Source of the DNA: a virus | Lineage: Duplodnaviria > Caudoviricetes | Direction: 5' to 3' (one strand) | IMG/VR virus record: IMGVR_UViG_3300038312_000091 | Span: 1-40,887 of that record | DNA: 40,887 nt | Part shown: positions 25,462-34,842 of the stretch, one piece after another | Layout of the letters: each line of letters begins with the position of its first letter | How positions within the stretch are numbered: position 1 is the stretch's first letter | Translations under genes and position numbers: made by a program | The notes under the pieces: generated by a model | Seen by the model: only the letters and a program-made list of their open reading frames with translations | Told to the model about the DNA's origin: nothing | Databases searched by the model: none

Positions 25462-26881
25462 ACAATTCTCTAGTATTCATTACAATATCTACATAACTTT
25501 GTTTATTCTCTAAACTCTTTAAAATTTTCTCATCTACAGTCACTCCTTGCTTCATTTTAGCTACTAATGTGTAATATATTACAGGTCGTGTCTGTCCTGG
25601 TCTACTGAGCCTTTTTCTGGATTGTCTCCACAGCACTAAAGAATGGTGTAAGCTGTAATATATACAGTATTTAGCTCTAACTAATTCATTAAGCCCTTCT
25701 GCCCCTGAGCTTATCTGTATCACCAGCACTGTTGTGTTACCATCAACCCATCTTTGCATGGTGTCTCTGCTGCCTGATAATTCAGAGCTTTTTCTACCAA
25801 GCTCTTTAGCAATTTTTCTAGCATCTTTTATGTCTTTCTTATACTTAGCAAATACCACTACAGGTTCATTTTCTGGAATACCCTCTAAAAGCTCTTTAAA
25901 TGCTTCCTGACGTGAATTATCTATTTCCGTGATAGTTACCTCACCATCATCATTAACCACAGGTAAATACCCACTATTTATTTGCTGAAGTCGTGTTAAA
26001 ATAGCTAGAACGTTATTAGCTTCTACCACGCCATTTTTAAGTTCCAAGCAGCCCTCTTTTCTCATTTCTTTATAATACTTTTGAGCTTTCTGAGACATAT
26101 CAAATTCTACAACAATATCCTGTACTGGCGGCAAGTCTTGGTCAATTTCTTCCATAAAAGCACACGAAAACATCAATTCTCTGAACTTATCTAAGTTTTT
26201 ATAGGGGTTCTTTTTGTCTAAAATTGTGAATCCGCCAGGTATTAGAATTTGATTTGTATACTCAGCTTTGAAATTTGCAAAGTTAGTTCCAAATATAGAA
26301 GGCTCTAAAAATCTGTATTGAGCATATACATCTAATGGTGATTCAGCACTTGGAGTACCTGTTAGTATATACCTATTCTTTACCTTTTTACCCATCAAAT
26401 ACAAAAACTTAGATACTTTACTGCCTGGAGATTTAATTCGATGACTTTCATCGCAAATAATGCAGTCAGGCGGATTTTTTAGCAAGTAGCTTCTAAAGGG
26501 CTCACGCCATACGCTATCATAGTTCATTATGATGGCTGCCTGGCGCTTATTTTTCAACTCAGTTAGCTTTTCTTTCACCATACTGGGTCTCTTATCATAA
26601 GGCATATACCAAGCACTTAAAACTGAAATTTCGTTGCTAAAAGAGTGTTTGCTAAATTCTGTTTCCCATGTGTGTCTTTCACATATCTTCTTTGTAGTAA
26701 CTATGAGGGTAACTCCAAAGCCTTTGTTAATAGTGAGGTCTATGAATACTTTAGTCTTGCCACTACCCATATCAGTATATAATGCCCCAAAATTACGGGG
26801 CATTAAATACTTCAGGGCTTTTTTCTGGTGCTTCCAGGGCTTAGTCTTAAATTTTAGTTTCATTCTCTTTATGTCCCTCAC
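25460..26881 (-). CDS. SNF2-family helicase
   Basis: DMGSGKT, DESH, LTGTP, GAEGLN, R..RPGQ. Confidence 0.92.
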   Translation of the reverse strand: MRDIKRMKLKFKTKPWKHQKKALKYLMPRNFGALYTDMGSGKTKVFIDLTINKGFGVTLIVTTKKICERHTWETEFSKHSFSNEISVLSAWYMPYDKRPSMVKEKLTELKNKRQAAIIMNYDSVWREPFRSYLLKNPPDCIICDESHRIKSPGSKVSKFLYLMGKKVKNRYILTGTPSAESPLDVYAQYRFLEPSIFGTNFANFKAEYTNQILIPGGFTILDKKNPYKNLDKFRELMFSCAFMEEIDQDLPPVQDIVVEFDMSQKAQKYYKEMRKEGCLELKNGVVEANNVLAILTRLQQINSGYLPVVNDDGEVTITEIDNSRQEAFKELLEGIPENEPVVVFAKYKKDIKDARKIAKELGRKSSELSGSRDTMQRWVDGNTTVLVIQISSGAEGLNELVRAKYCIYYSLHHSLVLWRQSRKRLSRPGQTRPVIYYTLVAKMKQGVTVDEKILKSLENKQSYVDIVMNTREL

Positions 26882-27158
26882 AAGCTATGACATTGTCATT
26901 ACCCACACCATTACCAAAGATTATGTTGTTGCCATTACACTCAGCAGGACAATATTCACAAGTATCACAAAGATGAATTTCACCAGGGAACATGCCTTTT
27001 ATCTTCTCATAACATTCGGGGCAACAATCTCTTGTTCTTTTAGCAACAGATAATTCCCCAAATACTATACTCTTGACTGAGCTAACTTCAAGGGCTATCT
27101 TGCGGGCTTCTTCCTTTGAGACTACTTTTTTACAACTATCACACATTGTTGCTTCCAC
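26847..27158 (-). CDS. Cys-rich hypothetical protein
   Basis: CDSC, CPEC and CDTC motifs; coupled ORF. Confidence 0.7.
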   Translation of the reverse strand: MEATMCDSCKKVVSKEEARKIALEVSSVKSIVFGELSVAKRTRDCCPECYEKIKGMFPGEIHLCDTCEYCPAECNGNNIIFGNGVGNDNVIACEGHKENETKI

Positions 27159-28120
27159 TAATATTGCCTCCCTTTCTTTAATATAGTTGATGGGTCAAGT
27201 CTTACATATTCCTTGGATTCTTCAAAAAGAGTTTCAAGTTCATCTTTCTCTATCCTAAAAGGTAATTCTTCACAGTGGAATCCTGCAGCACCTTTATGTC
27301 CACCACCGCCATACTTAGCACACACTTTAGACACATCAACATCGGGCTTATTAGCATACATACTTATCCTCCAGCTCTTTCCTGTGTAGAGAAAAGCTAT
27401 AAAAGCATCATAATCCCCTTCTACACTTTTGAAATAGTCACTATTACAATGCCCTAAGTTAGCAGCAAAACACTTTAACCCTCCAAGGTCTACATGAAAT
27501 CCGTACTTCATAAAGCTCTTTGCCCAATTATCTCTCCAAAGCATCATAATCTCTCCTTGGTTAATATAGAAATATTCCATATTGCTTTTGTAGGGAGAAT
27601 TAAAATCATTCCATTGAGGTGACTCAGGGTTAAAATCATAAGCACTAAAAGCCATTTGAAAATGTCTGGTATCATCACCATATTCAAAGTTCCATACATC
27701 ATAGTCAGCTATGAGTTTTACGTACAAAGGGGCATAGTCACTATAAAAATAAGAAAAATTATTTTTCACTCCATCTTTATTGAGCATATGATATAGATAA
27801 ATGTATGTTAACATACAACCAGCAACGCCATTTATCCTTATCCCAGGAATATCCCATTCAAAATCCTTGTACTTATCTATGGCTGTCTTGTGATGGTCTA
27901 TCCAGATTATATCTGTAGTTATTTCTAATAGTTGCCTCATACAATCAGGGCTTATTGAGAAGTCAACAATGTACACCCTTTCTCCCTTTTTTATTTCGTG
28001 TAAAGGGAATATGTCTTCATAATTTATACCTATAAACATCTTGTCGGGACTACAATCCCAGAGGTTTACTAGATGTCCAGCACATCTTCCATCAGCATCA
28101 CGATGATAAAAACACTTCAT
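27158..28120 (-). CDS. DHH/DHHA1 phosphoesterase
   Basis: H.DADG, VDFS, IDHH, GGGGHKGAAG. Confidence 0.92.
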   Translation of the reverse strand: MKCFYHRDADGRCAGHLVNLWDCSPDKMFIGINYEDIFPLHEIKKGERVYIVDFSISPDCMRQLLEITTDIIWIDHHKTAIDKYKDFEWDIPGIRINGVAGCMLTYIYLYHMLNKDGVKNNFSYFYSDYAPLYVKLIADYDVWNFEYGDDTRHFQMAFSAYDFNPESPQWNDFNSPYKSNMEYFYINQGEIMMLWRDNWAKSFMKYGFHVDLGGLKCFAANLGHCNSDYFKSVEGDYDAFIAFLYTGKSWRISMYANKPDVDVSKVCAKYGGGGHKGAAGFHCEELPFRIEKDELETLFEESKEYVRLDPSTILKKGRQY

Positions 28121-28121
28121 T

Positions 28122-28325
28122 CTATTTCCTCCTTAATCTTTTTACAATTTCTTTTAAATCTTGGGATAATTCTTTATTATCAATATTATCAGCATATACT
28201 AAAGCAGATTTTCTAGCAGCCTCATCCGTATCAAGCCTAAGTACAAAGTACACAGCTTTTGGGTCTGTAGGTTTTCCATTTGACTTGTGAATTACATACT
28301 TGCTATAAAAACCAAGTTTTTCCAT
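28122..28325 (-). CDS. Conserved phage hypothetical protein
   Basis: YFVLRLD.D..AR motif; coupled ORF. Confidence 0.7.
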   Translation of the reverse strand: MEKLGFYSKYVIHKSNGKPTDPKAVYFVLRLDTDEAARKSALVYADNIDNKELSQDLKEIVKRLRRK

Positions 28326-28681
28326 TACTTATGTCCCCCTTTTGTTATTTGTCCATCTTCATGTATATACCAACCAGTAAATCCTGTATTGTAACAACCC
28401 TTATGCTTAATTAAGTTCTTAACTTCATCTAAGCTCCAAACTACCACACAAATAGCTCCTGCTTTTGCCCACTTCTTTAAGTTCATAAGTTGTAGCTTTG
28501 TAGGCTCGTTGCCGTGGTCTGGTGTCTTAACTTCTATTCTGTATAATTGTCCTTCAAGACAAGCATTGATATCAGGTCTGCCGCTTTGAAAGGCATTTCC
28601 ATGAACTTTTTCAGCAATACACCCTTTTAGTCCATTCAAATAACCAAGTATACTGGAAACAATAGCACTTTCTAGGGGCAT
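28325..28681 (-). CDS. VRR-NUC domain nuclease / resolvase
   Basis: G.PD, IEVK, PT.LQ. Confidence 0.88.
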   Translation of the reverse strand: MPLESAIVSSILGYLNGLKGCIAEKVHGNAFQSGRPDINACLEGQLYRIEVKTPDHGNEPTKLQLMNLKKWAKAGAICVVVWSLDEVKNLIKHKGCYNTGFTGWYIHEDGQITKGGHK

Positions 28682-29058
28682 ATTTTACACATCTTTGTCT
28701 GATAGTGTATATGTACAGCTTTGTCATCAAGATACACATCAGCATATACTTTGCGGGCATCCCACCCTCTTGCTTTAACCTCTGCTATATTATCATTTAC
28801 TGCATCAAATACTAACCCACACTCTTTGCACTTATCGACAGCCTCATCCAAGTAAGCTCTGCCCCCATCTTCATTGGTTCTACAAGTCCATAATATGAGC
28901 TTAGCTCCCTTTTTCTGGTCTCTCTTAAGGGAATCAATGAATTCTGTATTGATTGATGACCCAATTTCAGGAAATTCATCATTCCACAAAGTTCCATCAG
29001 CATCTACAGCTATTATATAGGGTAATGTTGAAAAATCTGTATTTTTATTCAAGCTCAT
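28672..29058 (-). CDS. HAD-superfamily phosphatase (capless)
   Basis: IIAVDADGTL, LWTCR, K.YADVYLDDK. Confidence 0.88.
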   Translation of the reverse strand: MSLNKNTDFSTLPYIIAVDADGTLWNDEFPEIGSSINTEFIDSLKRDQKKGAKLILWTCRTNEDGGRAYLDEAVDKCKECGLVFDAVNDNIAEVKARGWDARKVYADVYLDDKAVHIHYQTKMCKICP

Positions 29059-29377
29059 TCATCTCCTTTTCCATGTGAAGGGTATACCAAACCCTCAACC
29101 AACCTTGATTATCTGTGGTACTCTCAATGTATAATTCAGGATATCTATCCTTGTAAAGATTCTTTATTCTTGATTTTAAGCTCTCTAAATCTTCCCAAGT
29201 ATCTAATTTTTTGATTTTAAAATCCTCTTGAGCCCACTTCAGTATCCATTTTGTAGGATTCATATGGTTAAAAGTAGCATCAAATTCTTGTTTAAGTTCA
29301 GCAGGAACATAACAAAAGTGACTCCAAGATGTGTTGCCTTCTCTATTTACTTTTATCTGTATCTTTTGCCATTCCAT
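29045..29377 (-). CDS. Hypothetical protein in the modification operon
   Basis: Overlaps both neighbours. Confidence 0.65.
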   Translation of the reverse strand: MEWQKIQIKVNREGNTSWSHFCYVPAELKQEFDATFNHMNPTKWILKWAQEDFKIKKLDTWEDLESLKSRIKNLYKDRYPELYIESTTDNQGWLRVWYTLHMEKEMNELE

Positions 29378-30074
29378 TCTTTACATCATCCCTTTCGTAC
29401 AAATGTAATGAACCTGCTATATGAGTATATTCTCCAACTTCTACCCCCAATTCCATAGCCATTTTTATTTGTAAGCAAGTAAAAGTAAACACATCATACG
29501 GGAATCCAAGCCATATATCATTACTTCTCATATAAGTTGTGGCATATAACCTTTTGTCCCTGATGCTATACTGTAGAGCAACTGTACATGGCGTGTCTTT
29601 AGTTGGCTCATTGCTTGCATCTTTTATGTGAATCACTGCTTGTCTGCTTAGAGGGTCATCTGTTAGTAGTTTTTTTACATGCTCCCATTGGTCAAACCCA
29701 AATTTATTAAATATTCTGTATCCATAAGCTGAATTGAGGGTTTCGCCATCATCACTGATATTCTCCCAAAATTTACTATAAGGTTTTATGTCTTTAAGCT
29801 TATTGCTACCTGATAAGTACCATAAGAGTTCCCCCACAGCATATTTTAGGGGCATATTTCTAATTTCAGAGGTAAGTATATTGTCTCTTGGGTTTGTTAT
29901 TACTGTAACAGCATTCAGCACTTCTCCTACAACATTTCCTGCTCTTGATGGTTGTATGAACCCTTTTTTAGATTGTCGGGTTAATTCTTCATACCAAACC
30001 CCCCAAGCCTCATTAATACCCGGGCACTGTATAGATACATTAGCTAGGGGTATACTAACATCTTTATTTGTCAC
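29343..30074 (-). CDS. Thymidylate-synthase-fold (hydroxy)methylase, Asp (dCMP-type) specificity residue
   Basis: ELLWYLSG, YGYR, SRQAV, PCT catalytic Cys, MRSNDIWLGFPYD, SLHLY; RBS favours GTG at 30074. Confidence 0.9.
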   Translation of the reverse strand: MTNKDVSIPLANVSIQCPGINEAWGVWYEELTRQSKKGFIQPSRAGNVVGEVLNAVTVITNPRDNILTSEIRNMPLKYAVGELLWYLSGSNKLKDIKPYSKFWENISDDGETLNSAYGYRIFNKFGFDQWEHVKKLLTDDPLSRQAVIHIKDASNEPTKDTPCTVALQYSIRDKRLYATTYMRSNDIWLGFPYDVFTFTCLQIKMAMELGVEVGEYTHIAGSLHLYERDDVKNGMAKDTDKSK

Positions 30075-30511
30075 TATATTTCCCCTCCTGTCCACCACAA
30101 TATCGGGTTTGTTAAACTTTTTTCAAACACTTCAGTGAATTTTTGGCATATTTCTGACACTGGTGTGTCGGTTTGTTCCCCTCTGTTTTTCAGTCGTTCC
30201 CTTATTTCTGGTACAGGAGCTATAACGTGTACAACTTTAGCGTTTGAAGCTAATATCTCTATTTCCAGTCTGGTCAAGTCTCTGGGGGTGAGTTTTCTTT
30301 CTTCTGGCTTCTGATACACAAACTGTCCATAGCAGAATCTATCCGCAATCACATTCCTGTTTTCACTTGCTTCGATTATACCTGAAAAGAATTCATAGTC
30401 ATTTGGAGTTTCCCTTGTACAGTGTACAATTTCAGCATTCAACAACTTAGCTAACTGAGCAGCTATTGTGCTTTTACCAACACCATCGCAACCTTCTAAT
30501 ATAATTAACAT
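30074..30511 (-). CDS. dNMP (thymidylate-kinase-like) kinase
   Basis: LEGCDGVGKST, DRF, RL..RGE. Confidence 0.88.
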   Translation of the reverse strand: MLIILEGCDGVGKSTIAAQLAKLLNAEIVHCTRETPNDYEFFSGIIEASENRNVIADRFCYGQFVYQKPEERKLTPRDLTRLEIEILASNAKVVHVIAPVPEIRERLKNRGEQTDTPVSEICQKFTEVFEKSLTNPILWWTGGEI

Positions 30512-31128
30512 TATCTTCTACCTCCGCTATATTTTTCACAAGTCTTTATGAAATTAATCAACATCTTCTCTCTTGGACATTTAGAAGTATCTATTTTTAT
30601 TGAAGTAAACCCCTTGTCTTGAAAGTATTGCACATTTCTGTTTACAGTATTCCATTTGCTTTCTATTTGTTTGACATTAACAGGCTTAAACCCATTTCTG
30701 TGTTGAACTCTTTCCAAACAAATATCTAAAGGTGGTATAAAATTCATTATGATTATCTTTCTTTGGGTTATAATCTCACGTTCCATTAAGCTTTCTGCTC
30801 TTTTGAACCAATTTACATAGGTTGACTTTATAGTTGATGCGATTATACCCTCCATGAGTATATCATACTCTGGAAAATTCTTCAACACATAATTCAGGGC
30901 TTTTTTGGTTTCATCGTTGTTCTTATAGGTGTCCAATCCTCCTGTGTTGTTGAAGTAAGTTCCAAGGGCTACCCACAAATATGACGGAAATACTGTTATA
31001 TAAGGGGCTTTACCATCTTCGCCAAGTCCTATCACCCGATACATTTTGTCCCTTTCCAGCATTGACTTGGGTATGGTACTCTTTCCAGCACCATTAGTAC
31101 CTCTGATATTTACCAATAGCCTACTCAA
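30511..31128 (-). CDS. P-loop kinase, 5-hydroxymethyl-pyrimidine DNA kinase-like
   Basis: VNIRGTNGAGKST, LG.Y....GG.D, EG, CLERV..RN; adjacent to the ADDT-like gene. Confidence 0.72.
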   Translation of the reverse strand: MSRLLVNIRGTNGAGKSTIPKSMLERDKMYRVIGLGEDGKAPYITVFPSYLWVALGTYFNNTGGLDTYKNNDETKKALNYVLKNFPEYDILMEGIIASTIKSTYVNWFKRAESLMEREIITQRKIIIMNFIPPLDICLERVQHRNGFKPVNVKQIESKWNTVNRNVQYFQDKGFTSIKIDTSKCPREKMLINFIKTCEKYSGGRR

Positions 31129-32062
31129 AGCGTTTACCCCCAGACTCAACAAATATTTTGTGTCGTTCTTTTCTTATACCTCTCCAACCATTTAATTCTC
31201 CAAGCAAGGAATTGTCTATACATGCTGCTCTAGCTTTCCACAACTCCTGCAACAGCTTTTTTTGTTGCCCTGTAAAGAATGCCCTTGAATTTAAAAACTC
31301 TTCTTGTTGTCTATCTACATAATACCCGTAATATCTGGATTGTTTGAATAATTTACGGAATGCACAAAGAGCTGTTTCTAACTCACTATCTGTTACTTTT
31401 GCTTGTTTATTTATTTCACTCTTTAACTTGTCAAATGCTGTGTCTAGCTCATCCTTTGCTGAAATATCGTATTTTCCTGTCTTATGGTGTAATTCAGCCC
31501 AATCTTCTTTCCCTATTGCGTGGCACAACCCTTCTCCAGCTGTAGCCCAGTCATTCCAATTTTTTGGGTTAATCAACACTTCTACATCAAACAAAGCTTG
31601 AATACAATCTATATAGATAAAAGCTGTGAATCTACCGCAATATTTTAGTAAAGTCATCATCTTAAATAATTCATCTTGTCTGCCATTTTGTATGACTTCT
31701 AGCACTTTCTCATGGTTTTTTCCAATCTTAGTTCTGTAATCGGCTATTATTGGCACAAACCAATGCATGTTCTTAACATATTTTCTATCTGACTGAAATA
31801 TTAACAAGTCCCTGTGTTCTGACCAAAATCTTGTGAGTGCTACAAGCTTTAAGTTTGATAAGTCGGGTAACATGTTAAATATAAACCAAGTTGTAGAAGC
31901 ACAATAGCAAGTTGAATACAGCAGAGCTATCCAAGCTCTTTGTTTTGAGTCAAGATTGTGTTTATTTGCTAAGAATTTCAATACTCTGATATTAGGGTCA
32001 GACTCACCTGATTTCACTGCTTTAGTACAAAACTCCACACATTTATTCCACAAAATTATCAC
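31121..32062 (-). CDS. Amino acid:DNA transferase-like (aGPT-Pplase2, HhH-glycosylase fold)
   Basis: W...LY...Y, F..DRKY, GRF.AF, ET.LC.FRK, RYYGYY.DR. Confidence 0.72.
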   Translation of the reverse strand: MIILWNKCVEFCTKAVKSGESDPNIRVLKFLANKHNLDSKQRAWIALLYSTCYCASTTWFIFNMLPDLSNLKLVALTRFWSEHRDLLIFQSDRKYVKNMHWFVPIIADYRTKIGKNHEKVLEVIQNGRQDELFKMMTLLKYCGRFTAFIYIDCIQALFDVEVLINPKNWNDWATAGEGLCHAIGKEDWAELHHKTGKYDISAKDELDTAFDKLKSEINKQAKVTDSELETALCAFRKLFKQSRYYGYYVDRQQEEFLNSRAFFTGQQKKLLQELWKARAACIDNSLLGELNGWRGIRKERHKIFVESGGKRFE

Positions 32063-32092
32063 CCCTATTTATAAGAATAAGGGCTTATGCCC

Positions 32093-32641
32093 CTATTCTT
32101 CATCCCAATCATCGTCATCATCTTCATCATCATCTTCATCTTCTGGCTCAGGCTTCTTCTTTTTCTTCTTGTTGTCTGCTTTTCTCTTGTCTTTTTTCTT
32201 GTCTTTTTTCTTCTTGTCTTCTTCTTCTTCATCGTCATCATCATCTTCATCATCATCAGATTCTGACTTTTGAGTAAGACTCTTGAATCCATCAATCTTA
32301 GCTCTTGTTTGACCGTTGTATTCCTCATGGAGAACATTTATTATACAGGTTTTGCCAACAAGCTTGTCTAAATCAATTACGATTTTACCATCAGCCTTCA
32401 TACCAACAGCTTCCAAGTAGCCTTTTAATTTCCAGAGGGCTTTTTCAGTGAGTACAAAGTTGTCAAAAACTCTTGCTCCTGTGCTACTTCCCTTTATTAC
32501 CTCAAATACTGCTGCTAACATGTCTGAGCCATTTTGACTCTCTTTTTCTTCAATCTCTTTGAGAACTGCTATGTGTTCTCCCTCTGCACATTTTACATAG
32601 CTCTCTACTCCTGTCATGTTTACTTTTAATTTCCTTGCCAT
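32093..32641 (-). CDS. ssDNA-binding protein (DUF669-like) with acidic/basic tail
   Basis: EG.H..., G..VFDNF....ALWKL, DLD.L.GK, EEYNG; follows Sak4-like gene. Confidence 0.8.
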   Translation of the reverse strand: MARKLKVNMTGVESYVKCAEGEHIAVLKEIEEKESQNGSDMLAAVFEVIKGSSTGARVFDNFVLTEKALWKLKGYLEAVGMKADGKIVIDLDKLVGKTCIINVLHEEYNGQTRAKIDGFKSLTQKSESDDDEDDDDDEEEEDKKKKDKKKDKRKADNKKKKKKPEPEDEDDDEDDDDDWDEE

Positions 32642-32642
32642 T

Positions 32643-33362
32643 CTATTTTTCCTCCAATAAATTCATTATTTTATCATAAGTTGGGTTATATACCAACTTT
32701 GGTAACTTTATATTTGCAGGCTTTTGTGTTTTAACCCAATAATAAGGGTTTGAGGCTAAGTGTACTGCATACCTATAGAGTGTTTTTCCATTATCATTTT
32801 GCTTCTCAAGTATTGTGGTGTGTATACCATAATTTGCCATAGCTTCCAAGTAAGTTCTAGCCCCTTTTGTTACACTGGGTCTTATATCAGGAGTAATTTC
32901 ATCCTCCATACCCTCAAAGGCATCAGCCCCTTCGTGACATGTTAAAACAACTATCTTTTTCAAAGCCAATATGTGGGCTAACTTGATTATTTCTTCAGTG
33001 TCTGATTTTAAGTCCCCCCACATTTGTTGGGTCATCCTTTTCTTTTTTTGTATAGCATTGGCATCTATCCATTCATTTGTAAATAGAGAAAAAGTGTCAC
33101 AAGCTACTGTAGCATATTTCTTGTCAAGTCTGGCTTCTTGGAGTAGTCCCTTGAGGTGAGATGAGTCTTTCACTCTTATGGCTTTTACATCTTCAGCATC
33201 TATTATTGTGTTACTTCCATCATCCCCTATTTGTAAATAAAGGAGGGGTTTGGGGAAGGTTGAAAGCACTTTAGTCTTGCCGCTCCCAGACTTTCCATAT
33301 ATAACCCATAGGTTTCTTTGGCCAAGGTCTTTTATGTCTACAGCTTCATCTAGTAATCCCAT
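32643..33362 (-). CDS. Sak4-like / AAA_24 ATPase recombinase
   Basis: IYGKSGSGKT, DT, CHE, NPTYDKI. Confidence 0.82.
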   Translation of the reverse strand: MGLLDEAVDIKDLGQRNLWVIYGKSGSGKTKVLSTFPKPLLYLQIGDDGSNTIIDAEDVKAIRVKDSSHLKGLLQEARLDKKYATVACDTFSLFTNEWIDANAIQKKKRMTQQMWGDLKSDTEEIIKLAHILALKKIVVLTCHEGADAFEGMEDEITPDIRPSVTKGARTYLEAMANYGIHTTILEKQNDNGKTLYRYAVHLASNPYYWVKTQKPANIKLPKLVYNPTYDKIMNLLEEK

Positions 33363-33688
33363 TAATTCAGATGCCCTTTCTTTACAGGTGCTTCTGCTTC
33401 CTCAACAATTTCACTCATCTGGGATAAAGCATCTTTCAATATCTTACTAAATCCGCCACTTTTCTCTATACATGTGTCTATGATATCTCTTTTGTTTCTA
33501 TCTAATGATTTAACAAGAGCAGCAACTATAGACCCATTAAATACGCCAGATATAACACTATTTGTGCCTATTCTATCCTCATCAGTTGACTTTTCAACAA
33601 GAGACATCACCAGCGTTGTCCCTTCATACACAATTGGCTCTCTGCCTTCCTCTTCAATAGTCACTTTAATTGTTGGCATTTTGTTCAT
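33362..33688 (-). CDS. Hypothetical protein
   Basis: Coupled ORF with GGAGG RBS. Confidence 0.7.
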   Translation of the reverse strand: MNKMPTIKVTIEEEGREPIVYEGTTLVMSLVEKSTDEDRIGTNSVISGVFNGSIVAALVKSLDRNKRDIIDTCIEKSGGFSKILKDALSQMSEIVEEAEAPVKKGHLN

Positions 33689-34767
33689 TTTTTATCCTCC
33701 TTAATAATATAGTCTGTTTTTAGCACATATTCTACATCAGCACCAGTAAACTCTGCATAGCATATTGGTCTGTAATTACACCAAGAGCATGACCTGCTGA
33801 TGTTTTTGACTTTATTTGAGTCCCCTCTTTTGAATATGTCTTTAGTTATTGTCTTAAAATCTTCCCAGACAGATTCTACCATAACAGGCAAAATTTCCAT
33901 AGTACATCTAAAGAAAAAATTTGATATATTTTGTGAATAATGGTTAGCCTTGCTTAAAACAGCTTCATCGGTTATTCCTCTCTCTTTACAAGCTCTTAGC
34001 CAACTATACGGGGTAATATTCTGATTAGCTGCTTCACTAAATCTTTTAGATTTTTCCAACCATACAGGTCTGTCAGCAGGTTTACTTTTTATGTAATCCC
34101 ATATAACTCTTTGCAGTTTGTCTCCTGTCTCTAATTCCCAAGCTTTAGAATACAGACAAACTTGCATATTCATGGCTAGTGTGCCCATGTCAGGAGCTGT
34201 CGAAAAGGTTTTATGCTCGCCCATAATTAAGTCTTTGTATACCTCATCTATTATACCATGGAAGTATATGGGCTCACCTTTAATCGTGCCAATTTGACAC
34301 AAGAACTCATGCTCTGTCTCTACAGGCTTATCACTTCCTTTCCAAACTTTCCTATAATCGTTGAATACAGTTTTTAAGTCATCGATATAATTGTCTCCAA
34401 GCTCTTCCTGAAATTTAGATGGCATATCGTAGTAGGTGTTCTCTATGCCCTTCAAAGCTTCTGACAGCTCGTACTTATTTTTTCTAAATTCAAGAAGCTT
34501 GTGAAAATCTGAACCAAATTGTAAAGGTCTTTTGGGCTTCTTAGGTCGCAATCTCTTTTTGTAATAAAGATAGTGTCCATAGGGACAACTGAGATATGAA
34601 TTGACTTGAGAGTTGCTAACTTTCTTGATACACTTCTCACACAGCATGATGTCTTCATCTACTTTAGTGTATATAATCAATGTGTTTTTAGGCTTATCTT
34701 GTTTGCTGTTAATTATATGTATATAGCCCTCACTGCCGCAACTCTTACATTTAGACAGTATAAGCAC
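33685..34767 (-). CDS. PD-(D/E)XK (Cas4/RecB-like) exonuclease
   Basis: S.S....Y..CP, G..FH, G.ID, EHKT, Q...Y, C.WC.Y...C; N-terminal CxxC pair. Confidence 0.85.
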   Translation of the reverse strand: MLILSKCKSCGSEGYIHIINSKQDKPKNTLIIYTKVDEDIMLCEKCIKKVSNSQVNSYLSCPYGHYLYYKKRLRPKKPKRPLQFGSDFHKLLEFRKNKYELSEALKGIENTYYDMPSKFQEELGDNYIDDLKTVFNDYRKVWKGSDKPVETEHEFLCQIGTIKGEPIYFHGIIDEVYKDLIMGEHKTFSTAPDMGTLAMNMQVCLYSKAWELETGDKLQRVIWDYIKSKPADRPVWLEKSKRFSEAANQNITPYSWLRACKERGITDEAVLSKANHYSQNISNFFFRCTMEILPVMVESVWEDFKTITKDIFKRGDSNKVKNISRSCSWCNYRPICYAEFTGADVEYVLKTDYIIKEDKK

Positions 34768-34842
34768 CCCCCTTATATGTATCTATCACAAAGGCAGAAT
34801 CTTTTCCCGACTACTGCCATCACGGGTACAACCACAGTATTC

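Noticed and set aside
33685-34767. Cas4 as evidence of a CRISPR system
   Set aside because: Stand-alone phage exonuclease in a Sak4/SSB recombination module; no cas genes or array
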